64,000 bases of DNA from an uncultured Pelagibacteraceae bacterium (GTDB taxonomy: Bacteria; Pseudomonadota; Alphaproteobacteria; Pelagibacterales; Pelagibacteraceae), in assembly GCA_902598315.1 (NCBI GenBank), contig CACKBP010000005.1, forward strand, positions 32,583 to 96,582. The letters are read 5' to 3'. Below, piece after piece: positions 1 to 10,128 of the stretch; position 1 is the first letter of the stretch, and every line of letters begins with the position of its first letter. The notes beneath the pieces are model-generated. The model was not told where the DNA came from and did no database searches. It was given only the letters and a program-made list of their open reading frames with translations. Position numbers and translations under genes: made by a program.

Positions 1-441
1 TTTAAAAGTAAATTTAAATGTAAAGTTGGATTTTCAGATCATACAAGTGGAGTTGAGGCCAGTATTGCAGCAGTGGCGATAGGAGCTGACTATATTGAAA
101 AACATCTTACTTTGAACAAATCAGAGAAGGGACCTGATCATAAATCTTCGATTGAGCCAACAGAATTAAGCAAGATGATTAAAATTATAAGACAATTACA
201 ATTAAAAAAACAATTTAAAAAAGAACCTACTAAAAACGAGTTAAAAACTAAAATCAAAGCAACTCGAAGTTTGTTTGCATTTAAAAATATATTAAGAGGT
301 ACAAAAGTAAAAAATGTAGATATTATTTCTTTAAGGCCGGCCATTGGGATCAAACCTGAATATTTTAAAAAAATAATAGGAAGAAAAGTCAAAAAAAATA
401 TCAAGAAAGGCGATTTAATCAAGCTTTCAAGCTTAGTATAA
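1..441 (+). CDS. neuB: N-acetylneuraminate/legionaminate synthase family (NeuB/SpsE), C-terminal part with SAF domain; starts before the window
   Basis: Frame is open from base 1: FKCKVGFSDHT...IEKHLTL...GPDHKSSIEP, then the SAF domain (RSLFAFKNI...LRPAIGIKP). Confidence 0.9.
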   Translation, partial: FKSKFKCKVGFSDHTSGVEASIAAVAIGADYIEKHLTLNKSEKGPDHKSSIEPTELSKMIKIIRQLQLKKQFKKEPTKNELKTKIKATRSLFAFKNILRGTKVKNVDIISLRPAIGIKPEYFKKIIGRKVKKNIKKGDLIKLSSLV

Positions 442-444
442 ATC

Positions 445-1350
445 ATGAAAATTCTCGTTACTGGATCATCTGGTTTTTTAGGAAAAAAATTAGTTAAAAT
501 ATTATTGAGGAGTAATCATAAGGTATTCGGAATAGATATTAAAAAAAATGATAAATTTGAAAATAAAAATTTTAAATATTTAAAATTAAATTTAAATAAT
601 TTAGGTAATTTAAAAAAAAATATAAAAAAAATTAAAAAAATTGATTTAATTATTCATACTGCAGCAAAACAACCGTATAAAGCTGAATTTGATATTGAAA
701 ATTATTTTAAAATCAACTTTTCCGGAACAAAAAATCTTTTAGAAGTTTGTAAAATTAATAAAATTCAAAAACTTATTCAGTGCTCAAGTTTTAGTATTTA
801 TGGTAATTTAAAAAGTCCCATAAGTGAAAATGATGTTCCCAATCCAAGAAACACTTATGGTTTAAGCAAATTACTGACAGAAAATTTACTTAAATTTTAT
901 TCTGAGAAATACTCTATGAAAATAATAGTCCTTAGATTTGATGGAATATATGGACCAAAACAAAATTTACCAGGTTTTATAAAAATGTCATTTAAAGCTG
1001 CAAAAAGAAATAATTCAATCAACCTTTTCAATATGGGAAAACTTAAAAGAGATTATATTTATATTGATGATGCTGTGAAAGCAATAAATATGTCAATGAA
1101 AAAAATTGATAAAATTAGATTTAAGATTTTGAATATTGGGGGAGGGAGTGCCATTTCGTCTCATAGCTTGGTAAAAAAAATAATAAAGATTTGTAAGTCA
1201 AGCTCAAAAATCTTACTGGTGAAAAAAAATAATAAAAACTTTTCAAAAGATATATATATGAATATAAAAGAAGCTAAGAAATTTTTAAAATTTAAACCCT
1301 TAAACATAAATAAAAATTTGATTAAAATGTACAATGCTGAAAAAAAGTAA
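445..1350 (+). CDS. NAD-dependent epimerase/dehydratase (extended SDR)
   Basis: TGSSGFLG Rossmann motif, YGLSK catalytic motif, LRFDGIYGP, RDYIYIDD. Confidence 0.9.
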   Translation: MKILVTGSSGFLGKKLVKILLRSNHKVFGIDIKKNDKFENKNFKYLKLNLNNLGNLKKNIKKIKKIDLIIHTAAKQPYKAEFDIENYFKINFSGTKNLLEVCKINKIQKLIQCSSFSIYGNLKSPISENDVPNPRNTYGLSKLLTENLLKFYSEKYSMKIIVLRFDGIYGPKQNLPGFIKMSFKAAKRNNSINLFNMGKLKRDYIYIDDAVKAINMSMKKIDKIRFKILNIGGGSAISSHSLVKKIIKICKSSSKILLVKKNNKNFSKDIYMNIKEAKKFLKFKPLNINKNLIKMYNAEKK

Positions 1351-2491
1351 AAAACTTTTCCAAGTCGCCAGTCCTTATTTTTCTAATCAAGATAAAAAAT
1401 GGATTTTAAAAAGAACTAATGAGGTATTAGATAAGAAGTTGAGCACTGGTCCATTCTCGAAAAAATTTGAGGAAAAATTTGCAAAATTTATAGGTGTTAA
1501 ATACGCAGTATTTTTAAATACTTGCACAAGTGCATTGGAAATATCTGTAAGATATTTAAATTTAAAAAAAAATGATGAAGTAATAGTCCCCTGTGAAACA
1601 TTTATTGCAACCGGAATGGCAGTAAGCTCACAAGGAGGAAAAGTAGTTTTTGCTAACATCAATCCGAAAACATTTTGTATAGATTTAGATGAAATAAAAA
1701 AAAGAACTACAAAAAAAACAAAAGCTCTGATGCTTGTTCATTTTGGAGGTTATATGCCCCACGATATTCTTGAAATTAAAAAATATTGTAAAAGAAAAAA
1801 AATTTCAATTGTCGAGGATTGTGCTCATGCGATTGGATCAGAAGTTAGAGGTTTAAAAGCAGGATCAATAGGTACTTCTGGATGTTTCTCATTCTTTTCT
1901 ACAAAAACAATAACTACTGGAGAAGGTGGTATGTTAACTACTAATGATAAAAAATTATATAATTTTGCATTATCCTTGAGAGAACGGGGAAGAGATTGGA
2001 AGAAAAATGGCGAACTCTACTCCATAGGTTGGAGATCATGTAGGGTACCAGAAATTTGTGCGGTAATGGGTTTAAGCCAATTCTCTCACATAAAGAAAAT
2101 AAATTTACACAGAAAAAAAATATGTAAGATTTATGAAAAAGAAATAAATAAGACTAATTTTCTCACTTGCTTACCTTTAATAAATAATTCTAATATGTCT
2201 ATTTGGAAACACATAACCGTGATTAATGACAACAAATTAAAGAGAGAGAAATTAGCAAAAGTTATTAGAGACAAACACGGTATAATTATTAATTGGGCCT
2301 ATGATCCTCCCTTACACTTACAACCAGTATATAAAAAATTAATTCCAAACACTAAAAAAAAATTCAAGAATACAGAAATATTAATGAAAAAACATTTTCA
2401 CCTTCCGCTTCATATGCAGATCTCAGAAAAAAATGCTAAATTTATTATCACAAAAGTCATTGAAGAATGTAAAACAATTTTAAAAAGATGA
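1334..2491 (+). CDS. DegT/DnrJ/EryC1/StrS PLP-dependent sugar aminotransferase
   Basis: EDCAHAIG; FSFFSTKTITTGEGG with the PLP lysine. Confidence 0.92.
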   Translation: MLKKSKKLFQVASPYFSNQDKKWILKRTNEVLDKKLSTGPFSKKFEEKFAKFIGVKYAVFLNTCTSALEISVRYLNLKKNDEVIVPCETFIATGMAVSSQGGKVVFANINPKTFCIDLDEIKKRTTKKTKALMLVHFGGYMPHDILEIKKYCKRKKISIVEDCAHAIGSEVRGLKAGSIGTSGCFSFFSTKTITTGEGGMLTTNDKKLYNFALSLRERGRDWKKNGELYSIGWRSCRVPEICAVMGLSQFSHIKKINLHRKKICKIYEKEINKTNFLTCLPLINNSNMSIWKHITVINDNKLKREKLAKVIRDKHGIIINWAYDPPLHLQPVYKKLIPNTKKKFKNTEILMKKHFHLPLHMQISEKNAKFIITKVIEECKTILKR

Positions 2492-3171
2492 GTAAGGTAG
2501 TAATTCATCAACCAGAATATTTACCTTGGATTAATTTATTTATAAAAATGTCTTTGTGTGAGAAATTCGTTTTTTTAGACAATGTTCAATACGCGCGTAG
2601 ATCATTTCAAAATCGAAATATAATTAATTCAAATAATCAGCTATCTTATATCACAGTACCAATAGAATATTCTGATAGAGATACTTTGATAAATGAAATA
2701 AAGATAGATCTTAACAAAAAATGGAAAGAAGATCATTTAAATAAATTTAGAAATTCATATAAAGAAACTAAGCATTATAAAAAAGTAATAAATCTCGTTG
2801 AAGAAATTTTTTCTAACAACTACAGCTACTTAAGTGAACTAAATCAAGATTTAACCAAATTAATAGCAAAAAGGCTTGATATAAATTGTAATTTTTATCT
2901 CTCTTCAAAAATTAATGCGGAGGGGAAAAAAAGTGCAATAATTCTAGATATCTGTAAGAAATTTAATACTTCAAATTATATTACGGGTGTGGGTTCAAAA
3001 TCATACCTAGAAGAAAATGATTTTAAAAAAAATAATATTGAAATATCATATATAGAACCAACTAACATTACTTACCACCAAACAAATACTAAAAAATTTA
3101 TTTCAAATTTATCTATAATTGATTACTTATTCAATGTTGGATTTAAACCTTTACAAATAAATTTAAATTAA
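2488..3171 (+). CDS. WbqC-family protein (putative acyl/glycyl transferase)
   Basis: IHQPEYLPW, FVFLDNVQY, QNRN, YITGVGSKSYL, NLSIIDYLFN. Confidence 0.88.
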   Translation: MSKVVIHQPEYLPWINLFIKMSLCEKFVFLDNVQYARRSFQNRNIINSNNQLSYITVPIEYSDRDTLINEIKIDLNKKWKEDHLNKFRNSYKETKHYKKVINLVEEIFSNNYSYLSELNQDLTKLIAKRLDINCNFYLSSKINAEGKKSAIILDICKKFNTSNYITGVGSKSYLEENDFKKNNIEISYIEPTNITYHQTNTKKFISNLSIIDYLFNVGFKPLQINLN

Positions 3172-3172
3172 A

Positions 3173-4330
3173 GTGAAAAAACGAAAAGTTTTATTTATTA
3201 CAGGATCACGATCAGATTTTTATATTCAGAAACCAATTTTACTGGAAGCAGCAAAAAGCCCAATGCTAGAACCTTTATTAATTGTTTCAGGATCTCATTT
3301 ATCAAAAAAATTTGGATTGACATTGAAAGAAATAAAAAAAGAAAAGAAAATTAAAATTATAGCTATTATTAAAAATCTAAAAGTATCTGATGAAAAAATT
3401 TCAAGATTAAAAACCATGTCAAATCAATTAAGCAAAATTATAAATTTAGTCAAAAAAATTAGTCCAGATATAATCATTTCACCTTTTGATAGGGAAGAAT
3501 CAATATCTATTGCGCTCGTAGGCATTTATTTAAGAATTCCAATAGCACACCTAGGTGCAGGAGATAAAACAGAATATAATTTAGATGGCATTATAAGACA
3601 TAGTGTAACTAAACTTTCTAACTTTTCTCTCTGTTTTACTAAGCAAAATTCGGAAAGAGTTAAGAAAATGGGAGAAGAAAAAAGCAGGGTATTCACTGTC
3701 GGACACACTGCAGTAGAAAGATACAAAAAAGCAAATAAAATTTCCCTTTCAAATTTATCTAAATTTCTTAGACTAGATCTCAAAAAAGAAAATCATATGA
3801 TATTATTTATTCAACATCCTGTTAGCAACTGGCTTGACAAAACGAAAGAGCACATAAAAACTTCTTTCAGAGCTATTGATGAATTAAATTTGCCAACTAT
3901 TATAATAAGGTCTAATTCTGATCCAGGAACATTAATAATTCAAAAAGAATTTCAAAATTTTAAATTTAAAAATAAAAAAGTAAGATTTTATGAAAACATT
4001 GAAGAAAATCTATTTATTAATATAGTAAAGAATGCCTCAGTTTTGTTAGGAAACTCTAGCATGGGAGTATTGGAGGCACCCTCTTTAAATTTACCAGTAG
4101 TTAATATTGGGGAGAGGCAGAAAGGAAGGCAAAACGCTGGAAATATTATCTTTGTACCACATGATAAAAAAAAAATTATTTTAGGGGTAAAAAAAATACT
4201 TAAAAATATAAATTTAAAAAAAAAATTTAAAAATATATATAACTCCTCGACGGCCTCAAAAAAAATTGTAAAAATATTAACTAAAATTAAACTTGATGAT
4301 AAATTACTTAACAAAAAAATGACATATTAA
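3173..4330 (+). CDS. neuC: Hydrolysing UDP/GDP-N-acetylhexosamine 2-epimerase (NeuC/LegG family)
   Basis: TGSRSD, GSHLS..FG.T, DR.E, IRHSVTKLS, QHPV, GNSSMG, NIGERQKGR; GTG start. Confidence 0.85.
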   Translation: MKKRKVLFITGSRSDFYIQKPILLEAAKSPMLEPLLIVSGSHLSKKFGLTLKEIKKEKKIKIIAIIKNLKVSDEKISRLKTMSNQLSKIINLVKKISPDIIISPFDREESISIALVGIYLRIPIAHLGAGDKTEYNLDGIIRHSVTKLSNFSLCFTKQNSERVKKMGEEKSRVFTVGHTAVERYKKANKISLSNLSKFLRLDLKKENHMILFIQHPVSNWLDKTKEHIKTSFRAIDELNLPTIIIRSNSDPGTLIIQKEFQNFKFKNKKVRFYENIEENLFINIVKNASVLLGNSSMGVLEAPSLNLPVVNIGERQKGRQNAGNIIFVPHDKKKIILGVKKILKNINLKKKFKNIYNSSTASKKIVKILTKIKLDDKLLNKKMTY

Positions 4331-6180
4331 TGCAAAGTTTTTACCTTACAAATCGAAATGAAAATAATTTAAATTTAAATATTTTAGATTCTTATTTAAA
4401 TAAAACAACTGTTGTCGCAAACAATTTTAATATAAATTTTTTTTATTCAGATAAAAGAGAGTCTATAATTAAAAAAGACAAATCATTCATCGCAAACCTG
4501 GGTGTTTTTATATACAAAAATAGATTTAACAAAGAAGCACTAAAATTTTTACTTGAAGACTTAGAAAAAGGAGAAAACTTAGAAGATATTTTACTTTCAG
4601 ATTATACTAGGGGCCAATTTTGCTTAATATTATTTTTAAATAATAAACTTCAAGTTATTACTGACAGACTGGGTTACTATCCTGTTTACCTATATAGAAA
4701 AGGTAATAATATTTCCATGTCTAACGCTATGTTGGGTCTGGCTAAAAATAATAAAAATAGTTTAAATAAAATCGGCGTGGCTCAATATTTATCTGAAAAC
4801 TATAAACATATAACTTATGCATGTTGCGATCAAAACATCACTAATGAAATAACATATTTAGAACCAGGTGCGATTTATAGTTTAGAAAATAACGATTTAA
4901 AACAGTACAAATATTTCTATTTAAAAGAGATTTTAAAAATAGGAAAATATATATCCTTTGATGAAGTTTTAGAGAAAACGGAAAAAATTTTATCTGAAAA
5001 TTTATCTTTTTTAAAAAATTTCAATGGTGAAATTCACTCTGATGTAACAGGAGGAGTTGATACTCGAGTAGTTTTAGCAATTTTAAAACATTTAAATATT
5101 AATCATTCGATTGGAATACAGGCTATTACTGAATATGACGACTTTTCAAATTATGGAAAATTTAGTGAAATAAATATTGTTAAGAAAATCTTAGATTACA
5201 GAAAGCAAAATTTTTATCTATTTAGTGAAGATGATTATTTAGAAAATCAAAAATTAATTGACAATATAACTTTTTTTCACAGTCACAAACAAACATATAA
5301 TAGAAGAACTGGTTATTTTTTTAATATAAGAAATAAGGGTAAAGATATTTTAACTTCTGGTCTCAGTGGCACCGAGTTGCTACGTTTGTCTTATTACGAT
5401 TATTTCAAAAGAAATGACAAAATTGACTTAGAAAACTTCCACCGAGAATATGTAGAATTAGTAGATATTTTGCATGATGATTACTTAAGTGAGAATAAAT
5501 ATTATGAACATTTAAAAGATTTTTATAGTAAAAACTTATCTGGAATAAATCACAAAAAAGATAAAGATTTATCCTCTTACATCGACTATTTTGCTTTCTA
5601 CAGAACCCACTTTTGTAGATATTTGTCATTAGCAAATAGTTTTTTACCCTTTTATACTCCATACGGCGATTATCCTTTTGCAAGTTTCATGTATCAAGTT
5701 TCATACGACTTAAAGAAAAAGTTTAAAATTCAAAGACATTTACTATCAAAAATTGAACCTGAATTAGCGTCATTTAACTCTACACGAGGATTTCCCTTAG
5801 AAAAAGTCAGTTTTTTCAATTTTTATAAGTTTTCAAGAATGATTAGCAATAATATCCCTCAGCAATATTTTAGTATCAGGCAAAAAATGTCGACTTTTTA
5901 TAAAAAAAAATTAATAAATTTTCTTTTTGAAAATAGAAAAATTTATGACACTTATTTTAAAAAAAAGAAAAAAGATTATTCTAAGAGGAAAAATTTATGG
6001 AATACTCCAGATCAAATCTCAGTTATTGAAGATTTAGAAAATTTATTAAAAAAAGATTTACCCGTTTTTGAAATAGTTAGCCGTAAAAAGTTGGTTAAAT
6101 ACACAAAACAAGATTGCAATTATAATGTTATTAATAGGGTAATAAACTTAAATCGAATATTAGAATATATTAATTACTGA
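4330..6180 (+). CDS. Asparagine-synthetase-like amide ligase lacking the N-terminal catalytic Cys
   Basis: GQFCLI..., TDRLGYYPVY, LEPG, DVTGGVDTR (SGGxDS-type PP-loop), SGLSGTELLR, YTPY. Confidence 0.7.
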   Translation: MQSFYLTNRNENNLNLNILDSYLNKTTVVANNFNINFFYSDKRESIIKKDKSFIANLGVFIYKNRFNKEALKFLLEDLEKGENLEDILLSDYTRGQFCLILFLNNKLQVITDRLGYYPVYLYRKGNNISMSNAMLGLAKNNKNSLNKIGVAQYLSENYKHITYACCDQNITNEITYLEPGAIYSLENNDLKQYKYFYLKEILKIGKYISFDEVLEKTEKILSENLSFLKNFNGEIHSDVTGGVDTRVVLAILKHLNINHSIGIQAITEYDDFSNYGKFSEINIVKKILDYRKQNFYLFSEDDYLENQKLIDNITFFHSHKQTYNRRTGYFFNIRNKGKDILTSGLSGTELLRLSYYDYFKRNDKIDLENFHREYVELVDILHDDYLSENKYYEHLKDFYSKNLSGINHKKDKDLSSYIDYFAFYRTHFCRYLSLANSFLPFYTPYGDYPFASFMYQVSYDLKKKFKIQRHLLSKIEPELASFNSTRGFPLEKVSFFNFYKFSRMISNNIPQQYFSIRQKMSTFYKKKLINFLFENRKIYDTYFKKKKKDYSKRKNLWNTPDQISVIEDLENLLKKDLPVFEIVSRKKLVKYTKQDCNYNVINRVINLNRILEYINY

Positions 6181-6182
6181 TA

Positions 6183-6848
6183 ATGAAAAATATTTTATTT
6201 ATAGCACCCCACTTAGATGACGAAACAATTGGCTGTTGTGGTACAATTTTTAGACACAAAGAAGAAGGTGATCACACTCATTGTCTATTAATCACTAAAG
6301 TAAAATCTAATAAAATTTGGAGCAAAAATGTAGTTGCTAAAAAGCAAAAAGAATTAGAAAAGATTAAAAAGATTTATAAATTTAATTCATTTAATCAATT
6401 TAATTTTAAACCTGGAGAGTTAAAAAAAAAATCTTTAAAGGTACTTGTCACAAAGCTAAGTATTATCTTTAAAAAAATAAAACCAGAAATAATATATACA
6501 CCTTTTGAGAGAGATATTCATACTGACCACCAAATCGTCACTAAAGCTGTCTTGTCTGCAAGCAAATGGTTTAGACATAAAACTATTAAAGAATTGCTGA
6601 TGTATGAGACTTTGTCTGAAACAAATTTTAATTATAATGAAGATCTAGCATTCAGGCCAAACTATTTTGTAGATATTTCTAAATATTTGAAAAAAAAATT
6701 AAAGATCTGTAACGAATACAAAACAGAATTTAAAAAACATCCATTCCCAAGAAGTTTAAAATCTGTAGAGGCCTTAGCTAAATTAAGAGGATCAGAGTCA
6801 GGTTATAACGCCGCTGAGTCTTTTAAATTAGTATTTAAAAAAATCTAG
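6183..6848 (+). CDS. PIG-L/LmbE family N-deacetylase
   Basis: APHLDDETIG and DIHTDH metal motifs; PNYFVDIS, HPFPRS, AESF. Confidence 0.9.
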   Translation: MKNILFIAPHLDDETIGCCGTIFRHKEEGDHTHCLLITKVKSNKIWSKNVVAKKQKELEKIKKIYKFNSFNQFNFKPGELKKKSLKVLVTKLSIIFKKIKPEIIYTPFERDIHTDHQIVTKAVLSASKWFRHKTIKELLMYETLSETNFNYNEDLAFRPNYFVDISKYLKKKLKICNEYKTEFKKHPFPRSLKSVEALAKLRGSESGYNAAESFKLVFKKI

Positions 6849-6859
6849 ATAGTACAAAA

Positions 6860-8539
6860 TTGATCAAAAACATTTGTATAGCTCAAACTGTTAATGAATT
6901 GAGGTATATCTTAAACAAAGATATTCCAAACATTTATGTCGTGCCATTAGACTTAGAGGTACAAATTTATTGTCTCAAAGAAGGTATAAATTATTTGGAT
7001 CCTATTGATTATATTAACACAGAATTTCATAGATACGGTCTCATAGAGTCTGAAAAGTTAATTAATAGTATAAAGTATAAAAATATTGAATTTGAAAGCC
7101 ATCAAATAATTGTAAAAACTTTCATCGGTTTTAGATTTAATTCAATAATTTATTTAATTTATTTATTAAAAAAAATATATGAAAAAAATAAAGTTGGTAA
7201 AATAGTAGTTTCAGGATGGAATACATATAGAGGTGAATACTCTGAAAACAATTATTTTATATCATCAGTTTTAAAAATTTTTTTCAAAAAAAAAGATATA
7301 ATTTTTTTATCAGAAGAGAAAATTAAAAAAACTTTTAAAACAAGAAGTGAGTTTGAAATAAAAGGTCTTAATAGCAAAAAAAAAAAGTATGTTCTTTTAA
7401 CTAACATAGGGTACAATTTTTATAGATTTATCAAATTTTTTAAAAACAAAGACTATGTAATTCTAGCTCCAGAGGAGCAAAATCTACATTTTCTAAAAAA
7501 AATTGCTTTAAAAAACTTTTTTAATGTAATTTTTTTTAGATTTAAGAATAAATTTACCAAAAAAAAAATAACGCGCGTTCCAAATATTAAGATTAGTTAT
7601 AAAAATAAAAAATTTGTAAAAATACTTTATGATAGGTTCGATGAGGAAAGAAACAATTTGATAAATCTTATTACCAAATGTAATGCTATAGATGGATTAT
7701 TTGAAAAAGTGAAAATTTTAAAAGTAATATCAAACAATGTTAGAGGAGAACAAGGTTACTATTTAGAGAGAGCAACTAAAAATAAGATAAATTCTATTTG
7801 CGTACCTCATGGAACCATCAGTGAGAACTTTGATAAGTACGATAGAATTTATAAAAAAAATATTTCTGAAGCTATAATTTTTAATAAAGCAAGCCATATT
7901 GCTTCTCAATCAAATATTTCAAAAAAATTTTTTCAGAAGCAAAAAAATAAATTTAATAGCAAGATAATTGAATCTGGTAATTTAATTTTTTGCCAGGCTA
8001 GAGAAAGAAAAAAAAATAATAAAATCAAAATCCTCTTTGCAGTAACTTTAAAAAATTTTTTTAATATTCAATTTTTAGGCGTAGAAATGTATTATGAATT
8101 TTTAGATAATTTAAAATTTTTAAATAAATTTGCTAAAGAAAATAATATTAAGATTTATGTAAATCTTCATCCTGCTGGTGCAAAAAGTAGAAATAATTTG
8201 CAAATTATTTTTCCAGAATTAAATTTTACAAGCAATAATTTAACAAATTTATTAAAAAAAGTTGACATAACATTAAGCTTTTCATCTTCTGTAATTGAAG
8301 ACTCTCTTAACTCTTTTGTTCCTGTAATACTTTTAGATAGATGGAAAAGATACAAACATTGCATTTCAGAAAAAAATTTTAATAAGAGAAATTCTGCGGT
8401 TTACTATTTAAATGATGAAAATAATTTATTAACATGTATAAAAACAATAAAAAAAAGTAAAAAAATTAACTTTAGCAAATATATCTCTAAATCAGATTTT
8501 AAAGATAATATAAAAAAATTTATCAGAAAAATAAAATGA
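6860..8539 (+). CDS. Hypothetical protein, probable GT-B fold glycan transferase
   Basis: 559 aa, TTG start; C-terminal VPHG, NLHP and SFSSSVIEDSL motifs. Confidence 0.5.
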   Translation: MIKNICIAQTVNELRYILNKDIPNIYVVPLDLEVQIYCLKEGINYLDPIDYINTEFHRYGLIESEKLINSIKYKNIEFESHQIIVKTFIGFRFNSIIYLIYLLKKIYEKNKVGKIVVSGWNTYRGEYSENNYFISSVLKIFFKKKDIIFLSEEKIKKTFKTRSEFEIKGLNSKKKKYVLLTNIGYNFYRFIKFFKNKDYVILAPEEQNLHFLKKIALKNFFNVIFFRFKNKFTKKKITRVPNIKISYKNKKFVKILYDRFDEERNNLINLITKCNAIDGLFEKVKILKVISNNVRGEQGYYLERATKNKINSICVPHGTISENFDKYDRIYKKNISEAIIFNKASHIASQSNISKKFFQKQKNKFNSKIIESGNLIFCQARERKKNNKIKILFAVTLKNFFNIQFLGVEMYYEFLDNLKFLNKFAKENNIKIYVNLHPAGAKSRNNLQIIFPELNFTSNNLTNLLKKVDITLSFSSSVIEDSLNSFVPVILLDRWKRYKHCISEKNFNKRNSAVYYLNDENNLLTCIKTIKKSKKINFSKYISKSDFKDNIKKFIRKIK

Positions 8540-9327
8540 AGATTATAAAAAAAGTCTATAATTTTTTCCTGTTATCAATTTACGAATTTTTATCAAAGAA
8601 TATTGAAAAAAAAATTACTGAAACCCATGTAGATAAGATTAAATTAAAATTTTATACCCCAAACAAAATAACTTTTTTTCGTGCGAAAACTATTTTAATC
8701 AAAGAGCCCGAGACAATATCTTGGATTAAAAATTTTTCGTCTAATTCGATATTTTGGGACGTCGGTTCCAATGTAGGCACTTTCACTTGTGTAGCAGCTA
8801 AAATTAAAAAGTGCAAAGTTTACTCTTTTGAACCTTCATATTTTAATTTAGGAATTTTATCAAAAAATGTTCTTATTAATGGAATAGAAGATCTTGTAAC
8901 AATACTTCCTTTTCCATTAACTGAAAAAATTAAAGTAGGTAACTTTACAATGTCATCCATTGATCAAGGAGCAGCTATCTCTACTTTTGGAGAAAATTTT
9001 TCTTTTGACGGTTCTGAAATAAATAAAGCATTTATTTATAAAACAGTAGGAATATCAATGGATCAAGCAAACAAAATTCTTAATTTACCATTACCAGATT
9101 ATGTCAAAATTGATGTAGATGGTATTGAGCATCTAATTTTAAATGGAGCACAAGATGTTTTAAAAAATACTAAAGAAATATTGATTGAAATAAATGACGA
9201 ATTTGAAGATCAGCGGAAAAAATCAACAGAGTATCTAAAAAAATTTGGATTAAATTTGCACAGCAAAACCCATCAATATAATAATAAAGCTAAAAAAATT
9301 TATAATCAAATATGGAAGAAAAAATAA
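8536..9327 (+). CDS. FkbM family methyltransferase
   Basis: KEPETISWI, WDVGSNVG, YSFEPS, PDYVKIDVDGIEHLIL. Confidence 0.9.
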   Translation: MKIIKKVYNFFLLSIYEFLSKNIEKKITETHVDKIKLKFYTPNKITFFRAKTILIKEPETISWIKNFSSNSIFWDVGSNVGTFTCVAAKIKKCKVYSFEPSYFNLGILSKNVLINGIEDLVTILPFPLTEKIKVGNFTMSSIDQGAAISTFGENFSFDGSEINKAFIYKTVGISMDQANKILNLPLPDYVKIDVDGIEHLILNGAQDVLKNTKEILIEINDEFEDQRKKSTEYLKKFGLNLHSKTHQYNNKAKKIYNQIWKKK

Positions 9328-10124
9328 TACAAGAAATTAAAGATAAAGGAATTGTTAAAATTGATAATTTTTTGGATAAATACGAATTATCTGAATTATC
9401 AAACATTGTCTCTTACTACTCTGCACCTAAAAATGACCCGAAAAGTTATTTTCCGGTTAATTTTTGGACATTGATGTTAAAAATTCTGAAACTAGATTTA
9501 AAAAGATTTTTTCACAGTCTTTATCTGTGGAAAATAAAGGATAAGAAGAAACTGGATAGACTTGCTGCTAATTTTTTTTGTAAGAAAATTAAATTAAATT
9601 TTATTGATGCTTATTATAGTAAAAAAAGTGAATTAGCCATATTACCTTGGCATACAGATCAAGCTTATCATGGAAAGAGAGAAATAACAGAATTTAATCA
9701 CCCTGATAAATTTTTTTTAAAAATATTTATTTATTTGACAGATGTTAGTCCTAATAACGGCTGTATGAGTTATGTTCCAGGCTCTCATAAAATAGGGTTT
9801 GCTATCAGGAAAGCAATTTATAATAAAAAAATACCTTATCAACCTTATTGGAGTTTAAGAGATTTTAAAAAAATTTTAAATGATAACCAAACTTATTTTT
9901 TGGATTACTTTAAGGATACCAATTTAATTGACGATTTTTTTAAAAAAATAAAAGATTTAGATTTAAATGAAAAAAAAGTGATTACTGAAGGCAAATTTAG
10001 TTACAAGGCCAAAGCTGGAAGTGCAATAATATTTGACGAAGGCGGTGTACATCAAGGATCGAAACCTCAATTTAATGATAGAATGGTTTTAAGATATTTA
10101 TATAGTCCAAAAAAAATTACTTAA
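9312..10124 (+). CDS. Phytanoyl-CoA dioxygenase (PhyH)-like Fe(II)/2OG oxygenase
   Basis: WHTD...IYLTDV...GCMSYVPGSHK...GSAIIFD...VHQG...DR facial triad pattern. Confidence 0.8.
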   Translation: MEEKIIQEIKDKGIVKIDNFLDKYELSELSNIVSYYSAPKNDPKSYFPVNFWTLMLKILKLDLKRFFHSLYLWKIKDKKKLDRLAANFFCKKIKLNFIDAYYSKKSELAILPWHTDQAYHGKREITEFNHPDKFFLKIFIYLTDVSPNNGCMSYVPGSHKIGFAIRKAIYNKKIPYQPYWSLRDFKKILNDNQTYFLDYFKDTNLIDDFFKKIKDLDLNEKKVITEGKFSYKAKAGSAIIFDEGGVHQGSKPQFNDRMVLRYLYSPKKIT

Positions 10125-10128
10125 CACT

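Noticed and set aside
4330-6180. Cys-less AsnB-like protein as a lasso peptide cyclase
   Set aside because: No precursor, B1/B2 peptidase or RRE gene nearby; the context is entirely sugar biosynthesis
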